Shown here: positions 11,099 through 22,875 of the stretch, piece by piece
Numbering within the stretch: position 1 is the stretch's first letter
Layout: every line of letters begins with the position of its first letter
The notes under the pieces: generated by a model
Databases searched by the model: none
Seen by the model: the letters and a program-made list of their open reading frames with translations, nothing else
What the model was told of the DNA's origin: nothing
NCBI GenBank assembly: GCA_029717555.1
Contig: JAMDHS010000138.1
Location: 1 to 32,678, forward strand
DNA from: Peribolospora baueri
Taxonomy: Eukaryota
Direction of reading: 5' to 3'
DNA: 32,678 bases
Made by a program: the position numbers and the translations under genes

Positions 11099-12321
11099 GT
11101 GATCGTGTACGGTGGGTGAGGAGCGAGTTGAGCGAAAGCAAAGTGAGAGATCGGACCACGTTCACCGGAAGGTGTTCATGAGGGAGCCGGGTGAGAGAAG
11201 GTTGGTGGTCACTGAGGGGTGATCGGACGGTTGAGATCGGTGTGGGATGTGGAGGTGATGGTGCTTAATCGGTCGATCTTGACCAGGCGTGAACCGGGCG
11301 CAAAGCGTTGTCGAGGTAAGGGAGAGGGCTTTTTCAAGAATGGGATGAGGGCGCAGGAAGCAGACCGGGACAGAATGGAATCGGACGGATGAGATGGAGG
11401 GATGGAGTGGAGATGTCAGTCAGTCCGCCGTACCAAGTCGGTCGGTTAACGTCGACCGGTGAGTGCCGTCGTCAACGCGACTTGCGGTCGCCTCGGGAAG
11501 TGATGGAGCGTGCGAATTTCGGGAAGTCAAGCTCTGCGCAGTGGGATGTCGAGAGAGGTGGGCCCGAGGAAAGTGCGTGGACGACGACGAGGGAGAGCAG
11601 TAGCGAGCTGGTCGGTGCGGGAGGGAGTTCTGTGACGACGAGGGCGAAAGATGTAGGCAGGTATGTCAAATCGATGCCGTCCGTTACGACGGGTGTGGAG
11701 GGCAAGGTTACTCTGGCGGGGGAAAACGCTGAGGAAGCGGAATGGAGGCGCGGACGGCGGCGAGGGAACAGTAGTGTGAGCGAGCAAGTGCGATGCAAAC
11801 CTCGTAGAGAACCAGAACCGATCGGCGTGTCGATCAAGTGACGAAGAAGACGGGCGAGGGAGCAAGGTGAATGTGCGACTCGAGAACATGATGCTGTCCA
11901 ACTCAAGTCTACTACGGTGAATAGGTACTGGGGCCCATGCTCGTTGCGGACACCAAGAAGAGCAATGTTTTTTGGGAAAGAGGACGAGACGACGGGGTGG
12001 AAGTGGTAGGAAAGGGAAAGAGGGGGGAGCGAGCCAGTTTCGCGGCGGCGCTTTCTTCTTATTCACCCTGGCCGGCCTGCAAGGTGGCGCGCTGTTTTCG
12101 CCGACGCGGCATTTTCTCCTCCGCTTCGTCCGTCGTCGCGTCGTGCGCGGCTATTTGAAGATGGCTTCGCCTGCTGAAGACGGGCCAGTGAACAGCTTCG
12201 AAGTAAACATCTTTTCCACGACTCGGCCAGATAGATCACTCGAGCGCCATCTGCTCCTTGCAAGGCCGCAGTGGCATTGACCAGAAAGATGAAAAAGTCA
12301 AAAGCCACGGGAGCATATCCA

Positions 12322-15300
12322 TCACATAGCCTCCACTTTGCCCCCATCTCCCGTCTCCAAAGCCTTCCTCTTCTGCTCCCTCAACTTCCTCGACAGTTTG
12401 AGCGCGTGCCCCAAAGGCGTCTCCTCCACCTTTGCCTCCTCCAAAAACCGGTCCACGCCTTTCCTGTCCGCTGGCGCCATCTCCACCCCTGCGCGCTTCT
12501 CCTCGATCCAGCGCGAGTTGGCCTGCAGCTTGTCCGCGAGCGACTTGAGCTGCGACACCAGCTTGCCGTTCGCCGTCCCCGCGGCAGTGAGCCTCTTCAG
12601 GGAGCGCTTGACAAAAACGATGGCGGGAAGGGCAAGCTCGGGAAAGGCGATGGAGAGCGACTGGGTGGCGAAGAACTCGAGGAGCAGGTACGCCATCTCC
12701 TCCATTGCCACGTCGACGTACACGCGCGTGCGCAGGTATTGCGCCGGCGCGCGCACGTGGTACTCCAGGTCGAGCGGCTTGAGTGTCGCAGCCTTGGGCT
12801 TGCGCCGCAGGTCCGACGACTCTAGGACCTCGAAGAGGTAAGATGCCAGCGGGATGTATACGCCCGTACGCTGGACGAGCCGCAACATGGCTCGGACACA
12901 GTGGAAGCGCAGAGGCCAGTATCGTGAGGTGGGAATAAGTCTGGCGGTCGAACAGCAGTGGAAGAGAAGTCAGCAAAGCCCCCCCCCCCCCAATTACAAA
13001 TGTGAAAGTTCGGTCCCGTCCGGAGTTACTCGAGCACGATACGTCTCCCTCTTCCTCCTGCTCATCGTATAAATCACCCACCTCACGACACCCAAAGTGA
13101 CCTGCACGAGCGGGTAGATGAGCGGATGCATCGGGCTCTCACTCCCCCGCTCGGCTGCTACCTCCTTGTCGCACGTTGAGGCGAGGACGATAGACCAGAA
13201 GTCGATGGAATGGACGAACTGCCAGTTGTAGACCGCTTTGTAGGCGTCCTAGTGAAGGTCGAATGCATGAATGGAGGGAGGCATGAGGGAGGTTATATAG
13301 CACAGGATTAGAAGTGTCCAGCCCGACTTTGCCGACGAGGACAACAAATCCCACAGCGAGCGTCATCACCCCACCGTTCGCTCACCTTGCTCTTCAGCTT
13401 GAGGCTATTCCTCAGATGGATAGCGAGTTGTCGGATAAAGCCGAAAGCGTGCCGATAGGACGCCTCGAGGTCCATGGCGTATATCTCCGAGGCCGAGTTC
13501 TTCATCAGGTTGATGGACGGAAGAGTATGCACGGTCGTCAGTTTTGTAGAACGGACGAACGCGTGATAGATGCCCTGATAGGAAGGAATGAAGTGAAGCG
13601 GGACGAGGATAATGAAAACGGGTCAGCGGGCGTCCAGACGAATCATTTGGGAAGTTTCGTTCATATTCTGCCTGTCCCCACTGGTGAACGCACCTTGAGC
13701 ACGAGATCCATGATGGACTCCTCAGACGCGGCGGCGACTCTTCGAATGGCGAGGAAGGCGGCGATTCGGACATTGTCGGCGGCGGATGACCAGAGATCAA
13801 GGAGGAGCTGATCAGGGTATGAGAGGATGAACCAACGTGGGCTATCAGCACAACTAGCTGGGTCGAAGGCGAAGGCGAAGGCGACTGGCAACGTAGCAGG
13901 ACGGCTCACCTTCAAATACTCCCTCACGGCCCTCCTACTGCCTACAACCCAAGGTACCATCTTTGCGCTCTCCTGTACAGCGACGTACTGCATGTCGGCG
14001 GAAGGGAGGGAACGGAGGAGGTGAAGGAGGTTGGAGAAGTACGACTCGACAAGGCGGGAGAGGGAGGAGTATTTAGGAGACTGGGTGGGCAATTTGCTGA
14101 GGACGTCAAGTGGATGTGCGGGAGGTGCGTTGATCAGATGAACATATGAGAATAGAGGAAGTCCGATCACGCAGGAGAAAGGAGAAACAAAAAATGCGCC
14201 ACTCACAACTTCCCATTCGGTAGTTCTTTGTAGGGAACGTGGTGCGCGAGCACGATGGGCGTGTACTTGAGCGTGGTGAGGACGAGCTTGTTGAAGACTG
14301 ATTAGGATGGGGAGGCAAAAGATAGACATCAATATCGTCGTCGACCCACGGAAGAGCGCCAGCGGGACGCACCCTGCGGACTGTCGATGGCGTAGGCGAA
14401 GCCTTCGAACTCGTCCTCGTCCATGTGTGCGGCGGACCGGAAGGCAAGAAGGAGCTGGCGGAGGCCACGGAGGGAGCGGTGCTGAATGAGGAGAGAAAGA
14501 CGAGGTTAACACGTAAGAAATGAAGCAGAAAAAGTTGCGCCTCGAGGCCGATCGTTGGCCGAACCGTAGAATATATATGCTCACCTCGAGCATACCCTTC
14601 TGCCACTTGCTCAACATCTTCTTGGTGAGCACCGTAGCTGCCTTGCGTCCCTTGGACTCCTCCTCTGCGCCCTCCTCCATCTCATCCTCTGAATCAAGGT
14701 CCTCGACTTGAGGTCCGTCTCCGAACTCGAGCAGCTCCTGGTCATTCTCTTGGAGGTACTTGTAGAATTCTGGATCCTTTTCCGCCAGTTTCGCCAATTC
14801 AAGCTTATGAGTCTGTTCGTCGCCTGATGGAGTACCAAATCGAGAAACAAAAAAGATGATGGAGAGAATAAGTCAGAGAGATAAAGGAATGATGATGGGA
14901 ATGAAGGAGAGCAAGACCGCCAGCTCACCGTCCAGGTCATCCACGTCGGCAAAGGAATCCGCATCGTCCTCTTCGCTCTCCTCGCCCTCATCCTGCGCGG
15001 AGACACAAAGAAGAGACGTATGGCGAACAAAGTGAATTTCAGTACGTTGGGCATCCGTGCAGGTGCCGTCTGGAGCGGTTCGCTAACCTCGCCATCCATG
15101 AATCCGCCAGAGAGGAAATCGTCGACGCTCATGCCCTTATATCTATGCGGAGGAAAGAGGTCCGGAAGTGGAACTGGTGGTGAGCCGGGCAGGAGACAAG
15201 GGCAGAAGGAGGGCCGGGCGAGGTGAGGACACAGGAACACTTACTTGTCTTTCTTCTTCGCTTTTCCCTCCGCTGCGCTCTCCTCGTCGCTCTCGTCTGC

Positions 15301-15591
15301 CCCGTCTCCCATCATCATCATGGACTCGTCCGCGCTCTCCTCGTCCTCGATGTCATCCAAAGCTGCGTCCTCCTCCTCCTCCTCCCTGGCCTTGCCCTTG
15401 CCCTTTCCCATCCATTCCTCCTCTTCCTCCCTCCTCCTCCCGCCCTTGGCACCGGCACGCGCATTGCCGCCTTTCTTCCTCTCGATCTTGTCGCGGATGT
15501 CCTTCCGCTTCTTCCGATCCTCGATCGTCCGCTTCAGGTGGTTCTTGACAAACTTGCGTGTCTGCTTTTTAGACTTGCCGCCCGGCGCCAT
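12322..15591 (-). CDS. NOC2: Nucleolar complex protein 2 (60S biogenesis), ~726 aa, 11 exons
   Basis: Exons 15591-15245, 15142-15088, 14992-14929, 14823-14585, 14481-14373, 14297-14207, 14096-13910, 13807-13694, 13574-13386, 13248-13082, 12940-12322. Basic/acidic N-terminus ([16 protein letters not shown]) plus [71 protein letters not shown] and SIAFPEL. Confidence 0.96.
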
Positions 15592-16041
15592 GGTGAAGGG
15601 TGAAGGTGGTGAGAGGGAATTCTACACACCTTCGCTCGCTCGGACTCGCGTGCCTGCTCGGCCGGCTCGTTCGAAGACGCTTCGACGTCCGAAAACTGCG
15701 GCGAACCCTAACCCCGTCCGGGTCGGCCTTTGAACATGCTTCCACTCTCTCCGCTCCTTTCGGGCTCATCCTCCTTCAGGCTCATGAACGGACGGTCGTC
15801 TTTCGCATCCTTTCGGTAGCACGTATGCATGCAACGGAGAAGATGTATATGCACTGGTACTGGAGATCGACGAATACGCACACTCTACTCGGGCGTCGAC
15901 TCAGACCTTGTCCTCGGCCCGTGCTCGTCCGCTCCTCCTGCTGGTACGTCGACTCCTGTCCCGGTCCGGTCGTCTGCCGACACGTAGCCTCCTGTTCCAG
16001 TCTTCCCGTCTGCCGGCCTGGCCCGTGGGCGCAGCGCCCCC

Positions 16042-16868
16042 CTATCCGGCCGTCGTGGCCTGCGCCCCAGCCGCCGTGCCACGCTGACTCTGCAAAGATG
16101 CCAAACTCTTCCCCTCCGTAGCCAACACTCCCTCTCCGCCCTGAACGGCCTGCTGAATCCCGGCCTGGGCGTTTTGGACGTCCTGTGCGTTGAGGCTGCT
16201 GGCGGTGCTGGAAGAAGCGATGGCCTGGATCGCGGATTGGGCGCCCTGGATTCCAGAGGCGACGGTCGCCTGGTCAGCGCTGGGCGGGGTGCCGCCCGTC
16301 AGGATGGCTTTGCCGACTGGGTAGCGACGGGCAGCGGAATGGGCGCGGGCGCGGGAAAAAGAGATTGACGAAGACGATAACAAGTCGGGAGCGGGAGGAA
16401 GGAAAGAGATCAGCTCACGTCTCCGATCGTATCCCTCCCAGAGTCGGCCCTCTTCGAAACACTCGGGCGGGAGAGAGACTCACTGTCTTTAACGCCTCCA
16501 TCAGCACTGGTGATGTTCGCCTGAGCCTGCTGAGCCAAGGCAGCCGTCGCCGGGTCGCCGGAAGACTGTGCGGAAGTGGCGATGTTGCTGACCGCGGACT
16601 TGGCCTTGCTCAACCCGGAGACGACCTCCAAACGCGAAGCGTCCAGGCTGCCGGTCGAGTTGGCTCCGTTGGCTCCGCCCGCCGCACCTCGACCTCCACC
16701 GAGTGCGCCGAGGAGACCGGACAAGATACCGCCGCCAGCAGCACGGCGAAGCTTGACGTCGTGGGCGGAGCGGTGGCCTAGAGGCAAGGCGTCGCCGTAG
16801 GAAGGAGCAAGGCTTAGAGTTAAGCAGAGGGCGAGGAGGAGAAGGATGAGGAGGTTGTGGGCAGCCAT
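16042..16868 (-). CDS. Small secreted Ala/Gly/Ser/Gln-rich protein, ~219 aa, 2 exons
   Basis: Exons 16868-16484 and 16316-16042 (GTGAGT...CCAG intron, joining GGVKD-IGKAILTGG). Hydrophobic signal peptide MAAHNLLILLLLALCLTLSLA, a dibasic KLRR site, and N-glycosylation sequons NST and NIT. Confidence 0.82.
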
Positions 16869-17145
16869 CTCGTTAAGGGATAGATTCGCAAAGAGGGATC
16901 GGGCGAGAGAAGGTGAGCAAAAAAAAGGCTGTTTAAAGCAATGAAGGGTGAAATGAGAGAAGAAAAGGTTGCCAGAACAGACGCTGCGATAGAAGGAGAG
17001 GACCAGCCTCGGTGAAAGGGAAGAACGAAGAAACAAAGAGAACAGTAACGGAAGAGAGGACTTTCCCTGAGAGTGAGGGCGAGGGCGAGGGGGGGGGATG
17101 AGGTGAGTTGAAACTACTTCTGCCGACCTCTCGGACAGCGCTGCA

Positions 17146-17151
17146 TTTATA
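17146..17151 (-). promoter_or_regulatory. Putative TATA box (TATAAA) of the secreted-protein gene
   Basis: Minus-strand CTATAAATG about 280 nt upstream of the ATG at 16868, in a GC-rich context, followed by a pyrimidine-rich leader. Confidence 0.5.
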
Positions 17152-17850
17152 GAAAACCAGCACACCCGCTCGATCCGCCTCGGGGACGAGGAGATTGACA
17201 AGCGTCGCTCACGCCACCATCGGTCCACGACCACTTTCCTCGACGACGACGACGGGGGCAGGCACCGCCTCGCATCGGGAAGCATGGCGGTCCATCTGGC
17301 GTTATGCGAAAATGGAGGAGAGGATCAGCATGAAAAGCGACGGCGGACGACGGGCTTGCGCGGGGAAAGGGAAACGAGTGAGTCGTTGGGGCGAACGATC
17401 TGGTCGTTGGAGCAAAGATTCGCAAATACAATACAGATGAATGCATCGGTCCTCGCCTTGACGACGTACGGTAGAAAATGGGAACGAAAGGCGACGGACG
17501 GGGCATGGCGACGTCCGAGCTCAGCTCGCCCAGTCGAGTCGGACTGGTCCGTGCGGCCGCCGAATGACCCGGGCGTCGCTATGCGATCAGCGCGCTCCAT
17601 GCTCGGCGGGGAGGAAGAGAGGTGGGATGAAGAGCGAAGACGGCGAGATGGGAAAGCAGATATCGGGTAAAGAAAGACGCTCTTTGCGGGGCTGGTTGGG
17701 CATGTTCCGACTCGGTTGACTTTCTTTGCCCCCTTCTGGGCGATCGACCTCCTCCCACGTCGTCCTTCGCCTCGATGGTTGCGCTTGTCTGCCGAAGGGA
17801 GCTCCGTCGACGTATCCATGTGTCCGTCCGTCTATGCGTCCGACCCGATT

Positions 17851-17878
17851 CATCCATCCATCCATACATCCATCCATC
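17851..17878. repeat. (CATC)n microsatellite
   Basis: catccatccatccatacatccatccatc. Confidence 0.85.
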
Positions 17879-18045
17879 CTTGTCCTTCCTTCCCTCGACC
17901 ATGACTGCTCTCGGTGGTCGCGTCTGACTGCGGCGGCTCTTTCCTCGGCGCGGTCTCCGTCTTTCTGTTTCCGGCGGCTGTTGCGATCGCGCCGTCGTGG
18001 TTGGATCTCGCTCTGGACGTCTTGTCTCTGTCGTCTTTCCAGCGT

Positions 18046-18120
18046 CTGTCCGTGTCCGTTCGTGTCCGCGTCCTGTCCGTGTGTCCGTGTGTCCGTGTGT
18101 GTGCCTGTCCACGTCCGTGT
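18046..18120. repeat. Degenerate (GTGTCC)n low-complexity repeat upstream of HOG1
   Basis: Repeated tgtccg/gtgtcc units. Confidence 0.7.
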
Positions 18121-18688
18121 CTCTGTCTGTTTGTTCACGCACACGTTGACTTGATCCTAACCGGCACGGCGAGCTTTCCGTAAGCAAAGTCTTGGCCATC
18201 GCGTGTACTCCGCTTGGTCTGTCCGCTCGCGTCGCCAACACCTCGATCGGTCCGACCGGCTCGGCCCAGCTAAGCTACGGCGATTCCAGCAAATCTCCAC
18301 CGTCGTCGCCGGCTCGCAACTGACAGCACCACCAACACCACCACCGACGACCGCCGCCGCCGACAAACACACACTCCACCGACAAACCACCACTCCCACC
18401 TCCAACACAACCCAAGCCACCCAGGCCAGCCATCTCGCCACCCTCGCTACCCTCCCTCCGCACTCGCGCAACCCTCACCCACTTCGCCGCTCCCATCCTC
18501 TCTGTCTCCGTCCTCCCACCGCCCATCCACCCACGGCGACAGGAACCTTGCCTCCCCGTCTATCCCCGATCCATCGCTCCCAACATTAATACCTCCCCGA
18601 CCGTCCCCGCACCGAGCCTACTCCGATCAACCAAAACCAAGAGCGCAAACATCGACACCGACACCGACACCAACCCATCCCCTTCACC

Positions 18689-21336
18689 ATGGCCGACTTT
18701 GTCAAGCTCTCCATTTTCGGCACCGTCTTCGAGGTGACCACGCGCTACGTCGACTTGCAGCCTGTGGGCATGGGTGCGTCGCCGTCCGCCTCCCTCTCCT
18801 TCTTTTCATCGTCGCTCCATCCTCTGTTCGCAATGGCCCACGCTCACCCTCTTTCCCTCGTCGTCATCTCGTCCCCGTCTCTTCCAGGCGCCTTCGGCCT
18901 CGTATGGTGAGCTTTTCTTTTTTTTTTCAGCATCTCATCCTTCGCTCTCTCCCGTCCGCGTCCTGTCTAGTCTCCGGTCAGCTTCTGACAACCCGTTCGT
19001 CCGTCGCCCGCCTTCTCTCTACCCTGCACCCCCCAGCTCGGCCAGAGACCAGCTCACAGAGTCGTCCGTGGCGATCAAGAAGATCATGAAGCCTTTCAGC
19101 ACGCCCGTGCTCTCCAAGAGGACCTACCGCGAGCTCAAGCTGCTCAAGCACATCCGACACGAGAACGTGAGTCTCCTGGCATGGCTTGCAGTGGGATTGG
19201 GCGAGGCCGCCCAACGCAGGATCCGGAATTCGCAGTCACACTTTCCTCACTCGCTCTTTTTGTCCTACTGCTTCCCTCTTCCCCCGTCACGCGCCGTCTC
19301 GTAGATCATCAGCTTGAGCGATATTTTCATTTCACCGCTGGAGGATATGTGAGTGCAGGGCACCGTTTGACTTTTGCTTCCTTTCTCGCATATGCCCTCA
19401 TGCGCCTGTACGTATCTGAGAATGGTCGTTCGACTGACGCGATCCGCCTTTCTGTTGTCTCCTTTCCGTCCACTTGAAACTTAGCTACTTCGTAACCGAG
19501 CTCCTCGGCACAGACCTGCACCGCCTCCTCACCTCCCGCCCGCTGGAGAAGCAGTTCATCCAGTACTTCTTATACCAGATTTTGGTGGGTGCTCACACTT
19601 GCTTTACGGATGGTTGTCGGCTGGCGAGTCGGGAGTGTTTGTGAACATGGCGTGCGGGAAGGGAGCAAAGGTGGACGGAGGAGGTGAAGGAAGAGTTTTC
19701 CATTCTTTTTCTCGGCGTAGGAGTCGTTGGAGATTGCTTTGAAACAGGCCCTGTCGCGTGTCGTCTGCTCTATTCGCCGTGTTTTACCTCTCCACGGCCA
19801 GTGCGCTGACAGGTTTTTCTTCCTCCAGCGAGGACTCAAATACGTCCACTCCGCCGGCGTCGTCCACCGTGACTTGGTGAGGAAGCGTGATTTGCTGTCC
19901 CACGGGACGTCTCCTAGCGAAATCGGCTTGCGAACTGACTGGGTTCTGGTTCTTCGACGTGCGATGGGTGGATGACGCGCATAGAAACCGAGTAACATTC
20001 TTGTCAACGAAAATTGTGACCTGAAAGTGCGTCATTCCCGCGCTTGCTACCGAAGCCCGCTCGCGTTCTGGCCGTGTCGCGGCAGAAACCTGACGCGATC
20101 TCGTCTTTTGCCCTACCGCCTCCCTTTCTCGCTCCTCCGTCCATTTGTGGTTCGCTCCCGCGCCAGATCTGCGACTTTGGCCTCGCTCGAATCCAAGACC
20201 CTCAAATGACGGGTTACGTCTCCACGCGCTACTACCGAGCTCCGGAGATCATGCTTACTTGGCAGAAGTATGACGTGGCCGGTAGGTCCAGCTGTCCTTT
20301 CTTAACCCTCTCCCTTCTCCCTCTTTCCCTTTCGCCCGCTCCTCTGACTGACCTTGTTTTACCGATCTGTTCCCGCTCTTCTTCCCGTCAGTCGACGTTT
20401 GGAGCGCCGCGTGCATTTTTGCGGAAATGCTCGAGGGCAAGCCGTTGTTCCCTGGCAAGGACCGTGAGTCATCTGTCGACTATGGGACCCGCTCGTCCGA
20501 GAGCGTCTGCGCTCGGATGCTGATTCGTCGACCGACGTTTGCCCGTTTCCTTTGTCCCTCGCTCGTGCCGCAGACGTCAACCAATTCTCCATCATCACCG
20601 AGCTCCTCGGCACGCCACCCGACGATGTCATCGAGACCATCGCAAGCGAGAACGTACGTAAGCTTTGTCAAAACGATTTTTGCCTTTCTCTGTTCTTATT
20701 CCGATACAGGCCCCATCTGATCTCGCCGTCTCTCGCTCCCCGTCGCGCGGCCGCCGCACAGACTCTGCGCTTCGTACAATCTCTGCCCAAGAGGGAAAGG
20801 GTGCCGTTCTCGCAAAAGTTCCGAAACGCCGATCCGGACGGTGAGTCGAGGGTGTGCGCCCGACGAAGGACTGACAAACGTTGGCGTGCGTGCTCATCCC
20901 TTCCCCCCCGCCTGGCCCCGGTTTTTTGCAGCGATTGACCTGCTGGAGAAGATGCTGGTCTTCGATCCTCGCAAGCGCATTGACGCGACCCAGGGCCTGG
21001 CGCACCCATACCTCGCGCCGTACCACGATCCCACGGACGAACCGGTGGCGGAGGAGAAGTTTGACTGGTCGTTCAATGACGCCGACCTGCCCGTCGACAC
21101 TTGGAAGGTGATGATGTACTCGGAGATTTTGGGTGAGCGTCGACGCTGGGCCGCTGCGGAGATTCCGCTCGTTCCTTTCTTGTTTTGCGTTCTCGGTCTC
21201 GGTCTGACCTTGTGCGCCGTCTGGGTTGCCTTTTCCTCCCGCGCGTTGCTCGACGACGTCTCAAGATTTCCACAACATCGACAACTCGGCCGGCCAGGAC
21301 GAGGGCGCGGTGGCGCCCGCAGTTGCGACAGCATGA
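18689..21336 (+). CDS. HOG1: Stress-activated MAP kinase Hog1/Sty1 (p38 family), ~361 aa, 13 exons
   Basis: Exons 18689-18773, 18888-18906, 19037-19166, 19305-19348, 19485-19584, 19829-19876, 19985-20026, 20167-20281, 20392-20463, 20574-20653, 20762-20840, 20932-21132, 21266-21336. [76 protein letters not shown] (TGY at 20209-20217), YHDPTDEP and [12 protein letters not shown]. Confidence 0.98.
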
Positions 21337-22035
21337 GGACCAGCGCGTTCCGTTCCCCACCTTGTCGGCGATTGGTGTGCGATTGCGATAGACCGGACAG
21401 GCGCGCGCCGCTGTCTGTCTGATTCCTCCTGCTCGTCTTTCTATCTGCCTCCGTACCGCGGGCTCGTTTGTCTGTTTCGTGCCCGCTTGCCCTCCTCGCC
21501 CATGCATCAATCCGTTCTCCTTCCCTCGTTCCTTCCTTCATCTTAGCGTCTTCGCCCGCAACGTACGTCTCCTTCTACCCTACTCACCTCACCGCACATC
21601 GGGTCACCTGGGATGGATGTAATGATCACCACACACGTATCGCACGATCAGCAAAGCATCTCTTGATCTGCCCGCCCCGCCGTCCGTCCGCCCCGAAGAA
21701 CCGTCTCGTCTCGGTTCCGTTTGTTTCCCCCGTTTCGTAGCCGTCTGATGTGGGAGCAAGGCGTGCGTGCGGGACGTGGGCAATTGACTTGTATAGCATT
21801 CGTTCGTTCGTCCCGTCTCATCCCATCTCATAAAGTGGGATGCATGCATGGGCCAACCAAAATCACCTTATTAGCCAGCCAGTTTGGACCTGTGTCTGTC
21901 CTGTCGTTCCCTCCTCACCTCCCTCGCCTTGACCTATCCTATCATAGCGTATCCTATCAGATCCATTCCATCTTGGTCTCGGTCTCATCTCGGACTATGA
22001 ACGACGACATGCGTAAATTTTCATTCCATTTTTTC

Positions 22036-22056
22036 GACAGACAGACAGACAGACAG
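22036..22056. repeat. (GACA)n microsatellite
   Basis: gacagacagacagacagacag. Confidence 0.9.
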
Positions 22057-22330
22057 GGCGGGCTGCCGCTGTGGCATGCGTACATACATGCGTACTTGCA
22101 TGATGCATGCTTTCATCCATCCAGTGATCCGTTTATCCATCCATCCATCGTCGCTCGTCCGACGGCCATCGATCGATCGCACCGAGCCAGCGGGTCCTCC
22201 GCCTTCCTTCGTCCCTCGTCCCTCGTCCCTCGTCTTTCGTCCTTCTCCCCGACTCCGACTCCCTTTCGCATCTCGCTGCGCTGCGCCTTCCGACGCCGCT
22301 GCCCGGCTGGCGCGTAGAGAGGTAGTGCCA

Positions 22331-22402
22331 AGTCGAACCGAGTCGAGTGGAGTCAAGTCGAATGGAGTTGAATGGAGTCGAATAGTGTCGAATAGTGTCG
22401 AG
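22331..22402. repeat. Degenerate 10-bp tandem repeat (AGTCGAATGG / TGTCGAATAG-like)
   Basis: agtcgaaccg agtcgagtgg agtcaagtcg aatggagttg aatggagtcg aatagtgtcg aatagtgtcg ag. Confidence 0.7.
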
Positions 22403-22875
22403 CAGAGGACAGAGTCGAAGCCAGTCGTCTGTCGAGCTGCTCATCCAGAGCGGACGATGGAGGACGGGTTCGGATGGGAGCGATCGGACGTCATCATCTT
22501 GCCTCCGCTTTCCCTTCCCTGTCCATCCGTCCATGTTCCTTCTCGATGCACCATCCGGCACTCAGCTCCGCCTTGGCAAGCAAGCTGACCACACACACCA
22601 CCGCTCTGCCCGCTCATACCCCACACCACCCACCAACCTCGCCTCCACCCACACCTTGCACCCCAACCGAACCACTGACTCCGAAACACGCCGAGCATCC
22701 GGGACCGACGACTTGGAAGATTACCGACCGCGCTTGACAACTAGACCGACTTCCACATGCTCATCCCCATCTCTCCTACACCCGTCCGTCGATAGATAGA
22801 TCAGTTCACTACACCCCCACCCTCTCCACCTCTCGCCCACACGCCCCCTCGCCATCCTTCCACGAGCGAAACGAC

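Noticed and set aside
11937..12158. 73-aa plus-strand ORF ending in CAAI (CAAX-like; possible lipopeptide pheromone precursor)
   Set aside because: It lacks the repeat units and typical CV/T/I-I/V-A/S ending of basidiomycete pheromones, and no STE3 receptor or other MAT gene is in the window. Probably chance.
16414..16483. Second GTGAGC donor-like site inside the secreted gene's intron (possible extra exon)
   Set aside because: No good YAG acceptor precedes it; the single intron 16483-16317 already gives an in-frame, sensible protein.
21721..22317. 198-aa ORF between HOG1 and CHO2
   Set aside because: Non-ATG start, runs through microsatellites and the probable HOG1 3' UTR, and has no protein-like features.
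22331..22402. Periodic repeats as a CRISPR-like array or transposon end
   Set aside because: Units are ~10 nt, degenerate and contiguous with no spacers; the context is eukaryotic, with no cas gene, transposase or terminal inverted repeats.
22751..22759. TTCCACATG resembling the yeast UASINO/ICRE upstream of CHO2
   Set aside because: Single imperfect match, probably within the 5' leader; the Ino2/Ino4 circuit is not established for this lineage.
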